DNA from: Thermoanaerobaculia bacterium
GTDB taxonomy: Bacteria > Acidobacteriota > Thermoanaerobaculia > Multivoradales > UBA5704
Direction of reading: 5' to 3'
Length of the DNA stretch: 64,000 bases
NCBI GenBank assembly: GCA_036503335.1
Contig: DASXXC010000037.1
Coordinates: 782-64,781 of the forward strand
Below the pieces are notes generated by a model. It saw only the letters and a list, made by a program, of their open reading frames with translations. It searched no databases and was not told where the DNA came from. The position numbers and the translations under genes are program-made. Each line of letters begins with the position of its first letter. Within the stretch, counting starts at the first letter, position 1. This document shows, one piece after another, positions 41,452 through 50,448 of the stretch.

Positions 41452-44400
41452 ATGAATCTTTCCCGTAGGGACTTCCTGAAATTGGGAGCGGTTGGAGGTG
41501 CGAGCGCCACGGTCCTGGGCTTCGACCTGGCCCCCGCCTACGCCCAGATGCGCGGGCTGAAGATCTCGCGCGCCACCGAGACGCGCTCGATCTGCCCGTA
41601 TTGCTCGGTGAGCTGCGGCGTGATCATCTACACGCTCGGCGACAAGGCGAAGAACGTCACCCCGCAGGTGGTCCACGTCGAGGGGGACCCGGACGCTCCG
41701 ATCAACCGCGGGACGCTCTGCCCCAAGGGCGCGTCGCTGCATCAGGACATCCTCAACTCGCGGCGCCTTACCAAGCCGCAGGTCCGCCGCCCCGGCTCGG
41801 ACCACTGGGAGGACATCTCCTGGGACGCCGCCCTCGACGAGATCGCCCGCAAGGTGAAGACCACCCGCGACGCCACCTTCGTCGAGACCGACGCCCAGGG
41901 CAAGCCGGCCAACCGCTGTGAGGGGATCGCCTTCAGCGGCGGCTGCACGGACACCAACGAATTCAACTATCTGCTCGTCAAGACCATGCGCAGCCTGGGG
42001 CTCTGTTATCTGGAGAACCAGGCCCGGGTCTGACACGGCCCCACGGTCTCAAGTTTGGGACCAACATTCGGGCGCGGGGCGATGACCAATGGCTACACCG
42101 ACATCAAGAACACCGACATGATGTTGATCATGGGTGGGAATCCCGCGGAGAACCACCCGTGCGGCTTCAAGTGGGCGATCGAGGCGAAGCGCAACCGCAA
42201 CGCCAAGATGATCGTGGTCGATCCGCGGTTCACCCGCACGGCCGCCACCGCCGACCTCTTCCTCCAGATCCGCGTCGCCTCGGACATCGCGTTCCTGGGC
42301 GGTATGATCAATTACGCGATCGCCAACAACCGGCTGGCCCACGACTACCTGGTCAACTACACGAACGCCGCCTTCATCGTGAAGGACGGTTTCAAGCTGC
42401 CGGAGGACGGGCTCTATTCGGGCTTCAACCCCCAGACGCAGGTCTACGACAAGTCGACCTGGAACTACGAGGAGGGGGGGGACGCCACCGGCAAGCCCGC
42501 GCCGCCCCCGGCTGCAGTGGCGGCAGTGGCCACCCAGCCCTCGACAGCCGCTCAGCCGGCCGCGGGCAAGCCGGCCAGCCCCGGCGCCAGCGCCGGCTCA
42601 GCCGGATCAACCGCGCACAGCGCCTCCTCGAAGGGCGCCACCGGCACGGGCGGCGGGGGAGAGGCACCGAAAGGTTTCTATCCCACCGCGGCCGTGGTCG
42701 GCGGCAAGGGGAGCGCGGGCGCGCCACCCCCCACCATGCCGCCGAACGTCGCCTACGACCTGTCGCTGCAACATCCGCGTTGCGTCTTCCAACTGCTCAA
42801 GCGGCAGTACTCGCGCTACACGCCGGAGATGGTGGAGCGGGTCACCGGCATCCCCAAGGACCAGTTCCTGAAGGCCGCCGACCTCTTCACCTCCATCCGC
42901 AAGGACGGCGACATGAAGAAGGTCGCCACGATCATCTATGCGGTCGGCTGGACGCAGCACACCTACGGCTCTCAGATCATCCGCACGGCGGCCATCCTGC
43001 AGCTCATGCTGGGGAACGTCGGCCGGGCCGGCGGCGGCGTCAACGCCCTGCGCGGCCATTCGAACATCCAGGGCGCCACCGACATGTGCGGCATCTACGA
43101 CAACCTGTCGGGCTATCTGAAGGTGCCGACCCCCGCCGACGCCGACTTCGCGGCCTATTTGAAGCGCACCACGCCGACCGCCTCGAAGCCTGGGGAGTGG
43201 AATTCGTACAACTACTGGTCGAACACCCCCAAGTTCGCCGTCTCCCTGCTCAAGGCGATGTACGGCGACGCCGCGAAAAAAGAGAACGACTGGGCCTTCA
43301 ACTACCTGCCGAGAGTGGACCGCAACTATTCCTGGACCCAGATCTGGGACAACATGTACCGCGGCAACATCAAGGGAATGTTCGCCTTCGGCATGAACGG
43401 CGTGGCGATCGGTCCGGATTCGCAGAAGAACATCGACGCGCTGAAGAAGGCCGACTGGCTGGTGGTCGGCGAGATCTATCCGGACGAGACGAGCGAATTC
43501 TGGCGGGCACCCGGCACCAAGCCGGAGGACATGAAGGCGATCAACACGACCGTCTACCGCCTCCCCTGCGCGGGGTTCGCGGAGAAGGACGGCTCGATGA
43601 CCAACTCGTCCCGCATGCTGCAGTGGAAGAACGTGGCGCTGCCGCCGCCCGGGCAGGCGCGGCTGGACCAGGACATCATCGCGCAGATCTTCCTGCGGGT
43701 CCGCGACCTGTACAAGAAGGAGGGCGGGAAGTTCCCCGATCCCATCCTCAATCTCACCTGGGCCTACACCGATCCGCAGCACCCGTCGCTCTCGGAGATT
43801 GCCAAGGAGGTCAACGGCAAGGCCCTGGCCGACCTCGAGGATCCCAAGACGCAACAGCAGATCAAGGCGGGCCAGCAGCTCCCCGGCTTCGCCTGGCTCA
43901 AGGACGACGGCACCACCTCCTGCGGCAACTGGCTCTATTGCGGCTCGTGGACCGAGGCGGGCAATCAGATGGCGCGCCGCGGGACGGAGGACCCGTCGGG
44001 CCTCGGCATCTATCAGAATTGGGCGTGGTCCTGGCCGGCCAACCGCCGCGTGATGTACAACCGCGCCTCCTGCGATCCCGCCGGCAAGCCGTGGGACCCC
44101 TCGCGGCGGCAGGTCTGGTGGAACGAGGCGGCCCAGAAATGGATGGGCAACGACGTCCCCGATTTCAAGGTGGACTCCCCGCCGCAGGAGCACATGGGGC
44201 CGTTCATCATGAACGCCGAAGGCGTCGGCCGTCTCTTCGCGCCGTTGGCCCTCTTCGCGGACGGCCCGTTCCCCGAGCACTACGAGCCGTTCGAGAGCCC
44301 GGTCCAGAACGCGTTCCATCCGCAGCAGGCGACCAACCCGGTAGTCAAGAAATTCACCACCGAGGCGGACAAGTACGCTCCGTCAGGCGGCAACGAGTTC

Positions 44401-44799
44401 AACGTCATCTGCACCACCTACCGGCTCACCGAGCATTACCACTACTGGACCAAGAACAACCCGATGAACGTGCAGCTCATCCCCGAGCCGTGGGTGGAGA
44501 TGCCGGTCGAGCTCGCCGATTCGCTCGGCATCAAGGGCGGCGACAAGGTGAAGGTGTCGAGCATCCGGAACCATTACATCGCCAAGGCCTTCGTCACCAA
44601 ACGCATCAAGCCGATGACGATCGACGGCAAGAAGGTCTACCAGATCGGCATCCCGATCCATCAGGGCTTCCGCGGCATCCAGGAGGACAAGGAGAGAAAC
44701 GCCAGAACGCTGGCCAATGGATTGTCGCCTACCGTCTTCGATCCCAACGCCTACACGCCCGAATTCAAGGGCTTCCTGGTCAAGGTCGAGAAAGCCTGA
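41452..44799 (+). CDS. fdnG: formate dehydrogenase-N/O-type catalytic alpha subunit, selenocysteine-containing, Tat-exported
   Basis: Tat signal MNLSRRDFLKLGAVGG. The LENQARV-TGA-HGPTVSSLGPTFGRGAMTN context matches the FdnG/FdoG Sec site. ORFs 41452..42033 and 42055..44799 are in the same frame (offset 603 nt). The rest is a Mo-bisPGD enzyme sequence. Confidence 0.9.
42034..42065 (+). promoter_or_regulatory. SECIS-like hairpin downstream of UGA(Sec) at 42031-42033
   Basis: GGTCTC (42045-42050) pairs with GGGACC (42057-42062), including one G-U pair, around the loop AAGTTT. The hairpin starts 11 nt after the UGA. Confidence 0.55.
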
Positions 44800-44809
44800 G
44801 GGGAACGCC

Positions 44810-45706
44810 ATGAGCCAAGCCAATCTGGAAGTCCGCAGAATCTCGGCCCACCCCGGCTCCGTCCCGGGCGTCGGCCTCAAGCGCGACCTGGAGGTCGCCA
44901 AGCTGATCGACACCACCACCTGCATCGGCTGCAAGGCCTGCGAGGTCGCCTGCCTGGAATGGAACGGCCTCTCGTTCAGCGAGACGGAGTTTCAGAACAG
45001 TTATCAGACCATGCCGGACACGGCGTGGAACTACTGGAACCTGATCCGTTTTAACGAGCACGAGACCGAAGGCGGCAACCTGATGCTGCTCATGCGCAAG
45101 GACCAGTGCATGCACTGCGAGGAGCCGGGCTGCCTGATCGCCTGCCCGGCCGACGGCGCCATCGTGCAGTACCAGAACGGCATCGTCGACTTCAACCAGG
45201 ACGCGTGCATCGGCTGCGGCTATTGCATCACGGGTTGCCCCTTCAACATTCCGAAATTCAGCCCCACCTCGCGTAAGGTGTTCAAGTGCACCCTCTGCTC
45301 CGACCGCGTGGCCGAGGGGCTGGAGCCCGCCTGCATCAAGTCGTGCCCCACCGGCTGCCTGCACTTCGGCACCAAGGCCGAGATGAAGGAGCTGGGGGAG
45401 GCGCGCGCCCAGCAGCTCCGCGACGTCTCGGGATTCCAGCACGCGGGGGTCTACGATCCCTCCGGCGTCCAGGGCACCCACGTGCTCTACGTGCTGCACG
45501 ACGTCAACAACCCCGAGGCCTACGGCGGCCTGCCGAGCAACCCGCACGTGCCGTGGACGGTCTGGCTGTGGAAGCGGCCGCTCAAGTGGCTGGGGAACCT
45601 CGCCATGGCGGGAGGCCTGGTCGGCCTCTTCGTCCACTATCTGCGCTTCGGTCCGAAGATCGTCGAGGAGGGCAAGGAAGAGATCCGGGAGGGTAAAGAG
45701 CCATGA
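44810..45706 (+). CDS. fdnH: formate dehydrogenase iron-sulfur beta subunit (4x[4Fe-4S], C-terminal TM anchor)
   Basis: ATG 44810 follows GAGGGGA. Ferredoxin Cys clusters are CIGCKACEVAC, CMHCEEPGCLIACP, CIGCGYCITGCP and CTLCSDR. A C-terminal hydrophobic helix is present. Confidence 0.9.
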   Translation: MSQANLEVRRISAHPGSVPGVGLKRDLEVAKLIDTTTCIGCKACEVACLEWNGLSFSETEFQNSYQTMPDTAWNYWNLIRFNEHETEGGNLMLLMRKDQCMHCEEPGCLIACPADGAIVQYQNGIVDFNQDACIGCGYCITGCPFNIPKFSPTSRKVFKCTLCSDRVAEGLEPACIKSCPTGCLHFGTKAEMKELGEARAQQLRDVSGFQHAGVYDPSGVQGTHVLYVLHDVNNPEAYGGLPSNPHVPWTVWLWKRPLKWLGNLAMAGGLVGLFVHYLRFGPKIVEEGKEEIREGKEP

Positions 45707-46359
45707 GCCAGTCCTACTTGCTGCCGAACGGGCGGGTCCTGCGCTACACCTACCGCGAGCGCCTCGTGCATTGGCTGGCGGGGTTCTCCTACGTCTATCT
45801 CCTGCTCACCGGGCTCGCCTTCTGGAGCCCCTGGCTGTACTGGATCACCTTCATCTTTGGCGGCCCCACGATCTCCCGCGAGCTCCATCCGTGGGTGGGC
45901 GTGGTCTTCTTCATCTCGGTGCTCTGGATGCTCGGCCTGTGGGCCCCGGACATGCGCTTCACCGAGCAGGACCGCGCGTGGTGGCGCGCGCTGCCGCGAT
46001 ATATCCGCAACGAGGACTCGGACGTGCCGGACGAGGACCGCTTCAACGCCGGCCAGAAGGCCCTCTACTGGGGGTTCTTCTTCTGCGGCATCGTGCTGCT
46101 CGTCACCGGCTTCGTCCTCTGGGAGCCGCACTGGTTCCCCTGGAGCCTGCGCGCCTTCCGGCTGATCTCGGTGCTCCTGCACCCCATCGCCGCGCTGATC
46201 ACCATCGCCCTGTTCATGATCCACGTCTACATGGGCACGGCGGTGGAAAGGGGAGCCTTCGGATCGGTCATTCGTGGGGACGTCTCGCGCACCTGGGCGC
46301 AACGGTTCCACCGGGCCTGGTATGAGAGGGTGGCCGGGCAGTCGACGGCCAAAGAATGA
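45703..46359 (+). CDS. fdnI: formate dehydrogenase gamma subunit (cytochrome b556)
   Basis: ATGA overlap with fdnH. Four predicted TM helices with conserved His residues (ERLVHW, LHPW, VLLHP, MIHVY). Confidence 0.85.
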   Translation: MSQSYLLPNGRVLRYTYRERLVHWLAGFSYVYLLLTGLAFWSPWLYWITFIFGGPTISRELHPWVGVVFFISVLWMLGLWAPDMRFTEQDRAWWRALPRYIRNEDSDVPDEDRFNAGQKALYWGFFFCGIVLLVTGFVLWEPHWFPWSLRAFRLISVLLHPIAALITIALFMIHVYMGTAVERGAFGSVIRGDVSRTWAQRFHRAWYERVAGQSTAKE

Positions 46360-47138
46360 AGGCCTCCAAGTGGGACCAACGCATCCGGCGGGCGGATGAG
46401 CTGGCCACGGCTCATCCGTTCGCCGCCGAAGGGCTGCGTTTCTACGCATCTCTCGCCGGCTTCCAGAAGGCGCTCTATGAGGGCCTGGAGCCCGGGAACG
46501 GAGCGCTGGGCGGGGACCTCGACCGCTCGGCCCTCCTGCCCTGGTTTCCGTCCTTCCTCGAATTGATCCAACAGATCGCGCCGCAACCCCTGGCGCAGGC
46601 CGCCACTTCATTGATCGCCGCGGGGGAGGCGCGCTGGGGGGAGCTGCTGGAGACCTTCTGGAAAGAGGGCGCGGAGGCCCCTCTCGATCCCGCCGAGAGC
46701 CTCCTCGCCTGGACCTTTCTGCAACCCTACGCCGAATATCTGGCCGATCGCCTCCCACCCCAGGAGCTCCACGCCACCCCCTCGCTTTGTCCCCTCTGCG
46801 GCGCCCCGCCGCTGGTCGGGGTCCTGAGACCTCAAGGAGACGGGGGCAAAAGATCGCTGATCTGCTCGCTCTGCGCCCACGAATGGGACTTCCGCCGCAT
46901 CGTCTGCGCCGCCTGCGGCGAGGAGGACGTCGAGAAGCTTCCCGTCTACACCGCCGAGGAGCTTCCCCATGTCCGCGTCGAGGCCTGCGACACCTGCCAC
47001 TCCTACCTCAAGACGATCGACATGACGAAGGAAGGCCGTGCCGTGCCGGTGGTGGATGAGCTGGCGGCGATTCCGTTGAGTCTTTGGGCGGGGGAGAGGG
47101 GGTATGAGAAGGTGATTCCCAATCTGCTGGGGGTGTGA
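46356..47138 (+). CDS. fdhE: formate dehydrogenase accessory protein FdhE
   Basis: ATGA overlap with fdnI. Four CxxC pairs (CPLCG, CSLCAHEW, CAACG, CDTCHSYLK) typical of FdhE. Confidence 0.85.
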   Translation: MKASKWDQRIRRADELATAHPFAAEGLRFYASLAGFQKALYEGLEPGNGALGGDLDRSALLPWFPSFLELIQQIAPQPLAQAATSLIAAGEARWGELLETFWKEGAEAPLDPAESLLAWTFLQPYAEYLADRLPPQELHATPSLCPLCGAPPLVGVLRPQGDGGKRSLICSLCAHEWDFRRIVCAACGEEDVEKLPVYTAEELPHVRVEACDTCHSYLKTIDMTKEGRAVPVVDELAAIPLSLWAGERGYEKVIPNLLGV

Positions 47139-47173
47139 GGGGGGATCGCCCTGGAAGGGCGGATATTCGACAG

Positions 47174-47193
47174 CCTGGGGTTTCAACCCCAGG
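47174..47193 (+). terminator. GC-rich hairpin after fdhE (candidate terminator, no U-tract)
   Basis: CCTGGGG-TTTCAA-CCCCAGG lies 36 nt after the fdhE stop. A smaller hairpin CGCCC-TGGAA-GGGCG is at 47147-47161. Confidence 0.3.
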
Positions 47194-47306
47194 CGGGGCG
47201 GCGGGTTCTGCCGTCGCTCGGTCCGCCCGGGCATGAATGCCCGTCCAAGGAGAGCGCGAAGGGAGGATGAAGAGAGTTAGCTCACTCGGCATAATAGAGG
47301 GATTCG

Positions 47307-47639
47307 ATGGCTTTCGGTTCGCAGGGTGTCACGGAGGCAGAGCGGTATCTGGCGGGACTTTGTCGGCGAACATTTCTATCGCTATGGAGCTACCCGAACG
47401 TAACAAGAGATGTCTTTGTGCCGGGCACGAAGATCGGCAAGGAGGTATCTGATCTCTTAGTCATTTTTGAGGAGAAAATGCAAAACAAGCCACGCGATAC
47501 GGTGCAGGCAGCCAACGGACCGATCAAGCTGCCTGCGTCTCTGCGGGGGCTGGCCTACTTTCCAGACACCCTCTCAGACCTTCTCCACGATGACGTCCTG
47601 CGCGTATTGAGCGAGAGCGCTGAGATCGCCAAGGTCTGA
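47307..47639 (+). CDS. hypothetical protein, possibly a 3'-truncated gene fragment
   Basis: Lower-GC ORF. The N-terminal AERYLAGLCRRTFLSLWSYPNV...GKEVSDLLVIFEE resembles the start of a longer conserved hypothetical family (from memory). The last 66 nt overlap the convergent PIN gene. Confidence 0.3.
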   Translation: MAFGSQGVTEAERYLAGLCRRTFLSLWSYPNVTRDVFVPGTKIGKEVSDLLVIFEEKMQNKPRDTVQAANGPIKLPASLRGLAYFPDTLSDLLHDDVLRVLSESAEIAKV

Positions 47640-47963
47640 GGTGAGCACCGTTCCGCCGGGCTCGGCCAAGGCGACCACTAGCGCGTCGACCGCGGAGCCT
47701 CGCCGTGCTAGCCTCCGCAACAGTGCGGCTCGCCGAGCCAGCGGCTCGCCTATCTCCTCCACGATGTCACATGTCTTCAGAAAGCTGTTTGAGAGAGCGT
47801 CGCGGCCCGGGTGTCCCTGCAAGCACTCCACGAGCACGATGGAGGGAACAAGGGGTGGCCACAGCCCCTCTTCGCGGAACGCCAAGATCAGCGCCGCCGC
47901 CTGCCGAGATCGATCAGCCAAACGGCTGACTCCGCCCGAATCGAGAATCAGCACGACGGTCAA
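47574..47963 (-). CDS. vapC: PIN-domain ribonuclease toxin (VapC-like)
   Basis: TTG start. Acidic PIN residues are in context (LILDSGG, VLVECLQG, AVDALVVALA, LTSDLGDL). There is a 4-nt TTGA overlap with the upstream antitoxin gene. Confidence 0.75.
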   Translation of the reverse strand: MTVVLILDSGGVSRLADRSRQAAALILAFREEGLWPPLVPSIVLVECLQGHPGRDALSNSFLKTCDIVEEIGEPLARRAALLRRLARRGSAVDALVVALAEPGGTVLTSDLGDLSALAQYAQDVIVEKV

Positions 47964-48208
47964 CCCACTCGGCGCGTGGGTTGTCGCGCAAGCCGCCGCG
48001 CGACGGCGGCGGCTTGCGTGCGCTCAGCTTCAGTGGGTGGCCCGACCTCGGTGACCAGGTCCGCGACGTAGCGGTCGGTTTCGGCGAGCAGCTCCAACCG
48101 TCGCAGCTCCGCGCGCACAGCCTTCTGCAGTAGCTCTGAAGCCGGAAGGCCTCGGGCTTTCACCAGTTTGTACAGATCGTCGGGGAGATAGACTTGCATG
48201 CGAGCCAT
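47960..48208 (-). CDS. ribbon-helix-helix-type antitoxin (VapB-like)
   Basis: MARMQVYLPDDLYKLVKARGLPASELLQKAVRAEL is a typical RHH N-terminus. Start is ATG 48208 (or 48199) rather than the ORF-track start at 48241. Confidence 0.65.
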   Translation of the reverse strand: MARMQVYLPDDLYKLVKARGLPASELLQKAVRAELRRLELLAETDRYVADLVTEVGPPTEAERTQAAAVARRLARQPTRRVG

Positions 48209-48250
48209 ACGCCTAAGTATACACCCCCGACCTGCATCCAAGCCGACGAT

Positions 48251-49030
48251 TTATGGGGGCCCCGGTCCTAACGTCCGGAGCAGCACACAGCTCTCGAACC
48301 GGCGATGCACCTCGGGAGTGTCCCACTGCGTCAGGCTCTCGTTGAACGTGTAGAGGATCACCAGATAGGACCAGAACAGCCCCCAGGGGCTCAACGGGCC
48401 CAGACAGACGGCGAAGGCGCTGACCGCGAGCGATAGTGCCCAGGCCTCGCAATAGGTGCGGAGGTTCCTCGCCACGTATCGTAGATAGGAGCGCGGGTGG
48501 AACGCGCCGGCCCAGCGCCCCTCCAGCCCGACCTGCACGAAGGCGGCCGGGAGCACGAAGAAGGTGAGGAGGAAGACCGCGGCCAGGACCGCGATCTCGG
48601 GCGCGCTGAACCGGAGCCACGGAAACCTCAGCGGATAGGCCACCGCCAGCACCGGCATCACCGGCGGGAACACGATGATCACGGCCAGGAACGCGGCGGC
48701 CGCTCCCGGCGGGACGGAGGCGAGCCGGAAGCCCGTGCCCAGCAGCCAGTACAGGAGCAGGAACGGGGTGAAGTACGCGAGGATGATCCCCGCCGCCCGC
48801 ACTCCGCGGCCGAGGGTCTCCGCGAGGTTCCCCTCCCAGCCCGGCAGCACGGGAGAGAGCCCCTGGACCAGCCGGACACCGGTCAGGCTCCGGTAGCCCA
48901 GAGCCAGCAGCCAGCCGAGAGGGGGGAAGGGAAGGAAGAAGAGTCCGCCCAGCAGGAGCTTCCTCCGCCAGCCGGTCTCCCTCGTCATGAACGTGAGCGC
49001 GGACCTCCAACTCAGCCGCATCGCCGGCAC
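48251..49030 (-). CDS. DUF4013-like integral membrane protein
   Basis: WRRKLLLGGLFFLPFPPLGWLLALGYRSL...LPGWEG matches the DUF4013 N-terminal pattern. Multiple TM helices. Confidence 0.55.
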   Translation of the reverse strand: MPAMRLSWRSALTFMTRETGWRRKLLLGGLFFLPFPPLGWLLALGYRSLTGVRLVQGLSPVLPGWEGNLAETLGRGVRAAGIILAYFTPFLLLYWLLGTGFRLASVPPGAAAAFLAVIIVFPPVMPVLAVAYPLRFPWLRFSAPEIAVLAAVFLLTFFVLPAAFVQVGLEGRWAGAFHPRSYLRYVARNLRTYCEAWALSLAVSAFAVCLGPLSPWGLFWSYLVILYTFNESLTQWDTPEVHRRFESCVLLRTLGPGPP

Positions 49031-49230
49031 CGTGACCTCTCCTCCAGGGGTTTGGCGTCTTTATAGAGGAAAATCGTCCTGGCGCCAACCGGCGGTTGGT
49101 GCCGGGTGTGGGGCCCGGGAACTTTTCCGTCCCCCCAACTTTCTACAAAGCTCATCCGTATACTCTTCGCACCAGGGCACCCCCGCCCCCTAGACAGGAA
49201 TGTCCGGGTGCCGTATACGTTTTAAAGGAA

Positions 49231-50448
49231 ATGGTGAGAGCTCGAACGTCCGCCTCCGTCTGTCTGCTCCTTCTGGCCTGCCTGGGCCTGCTGGCCGGGT
49301 GCTCGGGGGAGGGGGCGCGCGCGGAATCGCGCCAGGAGGCGGGGATGACGGCCCACCGGGGGGCCTTCCGGCAGCGTTTGCTCCTCTCGGGCGAGCTGGC
49401 GGCGGAGCGCGGGGAGGCCATGAACGTGCCCCGCACCAACGCCTTCCAGCTCACCATCCGCTGGCTGGCTCCGGACGGCGTCCCGGTCAAGGCGGGCGAT
49501 CCGGTGGTGGCGTTCGACAACTCGCAGTTCTCCACCGACCTGGAGGAGAAGCGGCTCAGCGCCTCCCAGGCCGGCAGCGATCTCGCCACCGCCCAGGCCG
49601 AGGTCAAGACCAGCGCCTCCGAACGACGGTTCAACGTCGAGAAGGCCCGCTCGGCCCTGGAGAAGGCCAAGCTCGACGCCGCCATCCCCAAGGACCTCCT
49701 CTCCCTCCGCGAATACCAGGAGCGCCAACTCGCCCTCAAGCGCGCCGAGACCGATCTGGCCAAGGCCGAGGAGGTGCTCCGCAGCGAGTCGAAGGTGAGC
49801 GACACCGACGTCGAGGTCAAGAAGATCTCGCTCGACAAGTCGCGACGGGAGATTCACACCGCCGAAGAGGCGATCGACTCGCTCAACCTCAAGGCGCCGC
49901 GCGACGGCATGGTGATCGTGGGCAGCCATCCCTTCGAGGGGCGCAAGTACCAGGTGGGGGACTCCGTCTGGCCCGGCATGGCGGTGGCGACCCTGCCGGA
50001 TCTCTCCTCGATGATGGTGCAGGCCAATCTCTCGGACGTGGACGACGGCCGGATCAGACCCGGTATGCAGGTCGTCTGCACGCTCGACGCCTATCCCGAC
50101 ACCCCCTACCGCGGTCGGGTGGTCGACATCTCGCCCGTGGCCCGGGAGTCGCGGCGCAACCCCCTGCTCCACTATTTCCCCGTGCGGATCGCCCTGGAGA
50201 AGGTGGACACCCGGCGCATGCGCCCCGGCATGTCGGTGCGCGTCGAGGTGATGGGGGAGGAGACCAGGGACGCTCTGCTGGTGCCGCGGGCGGCCGTCGA
50301 TTTCGCCGCCAAGGAGCCGCGGGTCCTGCTCGCCTCGGGCGGCTCGGCCTCGGTGAAGCTCGGCCCCTGCTCGGCGGATACCTGCGTGGTCGAGTCCGGG
50401 GTCAGCGAGGGGACCCGCCTGCGGTCCCGCGACGGGAGGGCCGGATGA
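49231..50448 (+). CDS. HlyD/MFP-family periplasmic adaptor 1 (lipoprotein)
   Basis: ATG 49231 follows AAAGGAA. Lipobox LLAGC. Coiled-coil hairpin region and barrel-sandwich motifs (VKAGDPVVAFD, LKAPRDGMV). Confidence 0.8.
   Translation: MVRARTSASVCLLLLACLGLLAGCSGEGARAESRQEAGMTAHRGAFRQRLLLSGELAAERGEAMNVPRTNAFQLTIRWLAPDGVPVKAGDPVVAFDNSQFSTDLEEKRLSASQAGSDLATAQAEVKTSASERRFNVEKARSALEKAKLDAAIPKDLLSLREYQERQLALKRAETDLAKAEEVLRSESKVSDTDVEVKKISLDKSRREIHTAEEAIDSLNLKAPRDGMVIVGSHPFEGRKYQVGDSVWPGMAVATLPDLSSMMVQANLSDVDDGRIRPGMQVVCTLDAYPDTPYRGRVVDISPVARESRRNPLLHYFPVRIALEKVDTRRMRPGMSVRVEVMGEETRDALLVPRAAVDFAAKEPRVLLASGGSASVKLGPCSADTCVVESGVSEGTRLRSRDGRAG

Noticed and set aside
41452-44799. Reading fdnG as two genes, or as a pseudogene interrupted by TGA
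   Set aside because: The two parts are in phase, the TGA sits at the conserved Sec position of FdnG, and a SECIS-like hairpin follows.
42159-44813. 884-aa plus-strand ORF inside fdnG
   Set aside because: It is an alternate frame of the well-supported FdnG frame, with an Arg/Gly/Pro-rich translation.
47174-47193. tRNA T-arm-like sequence (GGGGTTTCAACCCC) that could mark a tRNA fragment or att site next to the TA module
   Set aside because: The loop is 6 nt rather than the canonical 7-nt TPsiC loop, and no acceptor, D or anticodon arms can be drawn around it. It is more simply a terminator-type hairpin.
49200-50444. First two-thirds of the 827-aa plus-strand ORF 49200..51683
   Set aside because: It is an alternate frame over adaptor gene 1 with an Arg/Gly/Pro-rich translation. 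Only the segment from ATG 50445, which has MFP features and an ATGA coupling, is real.
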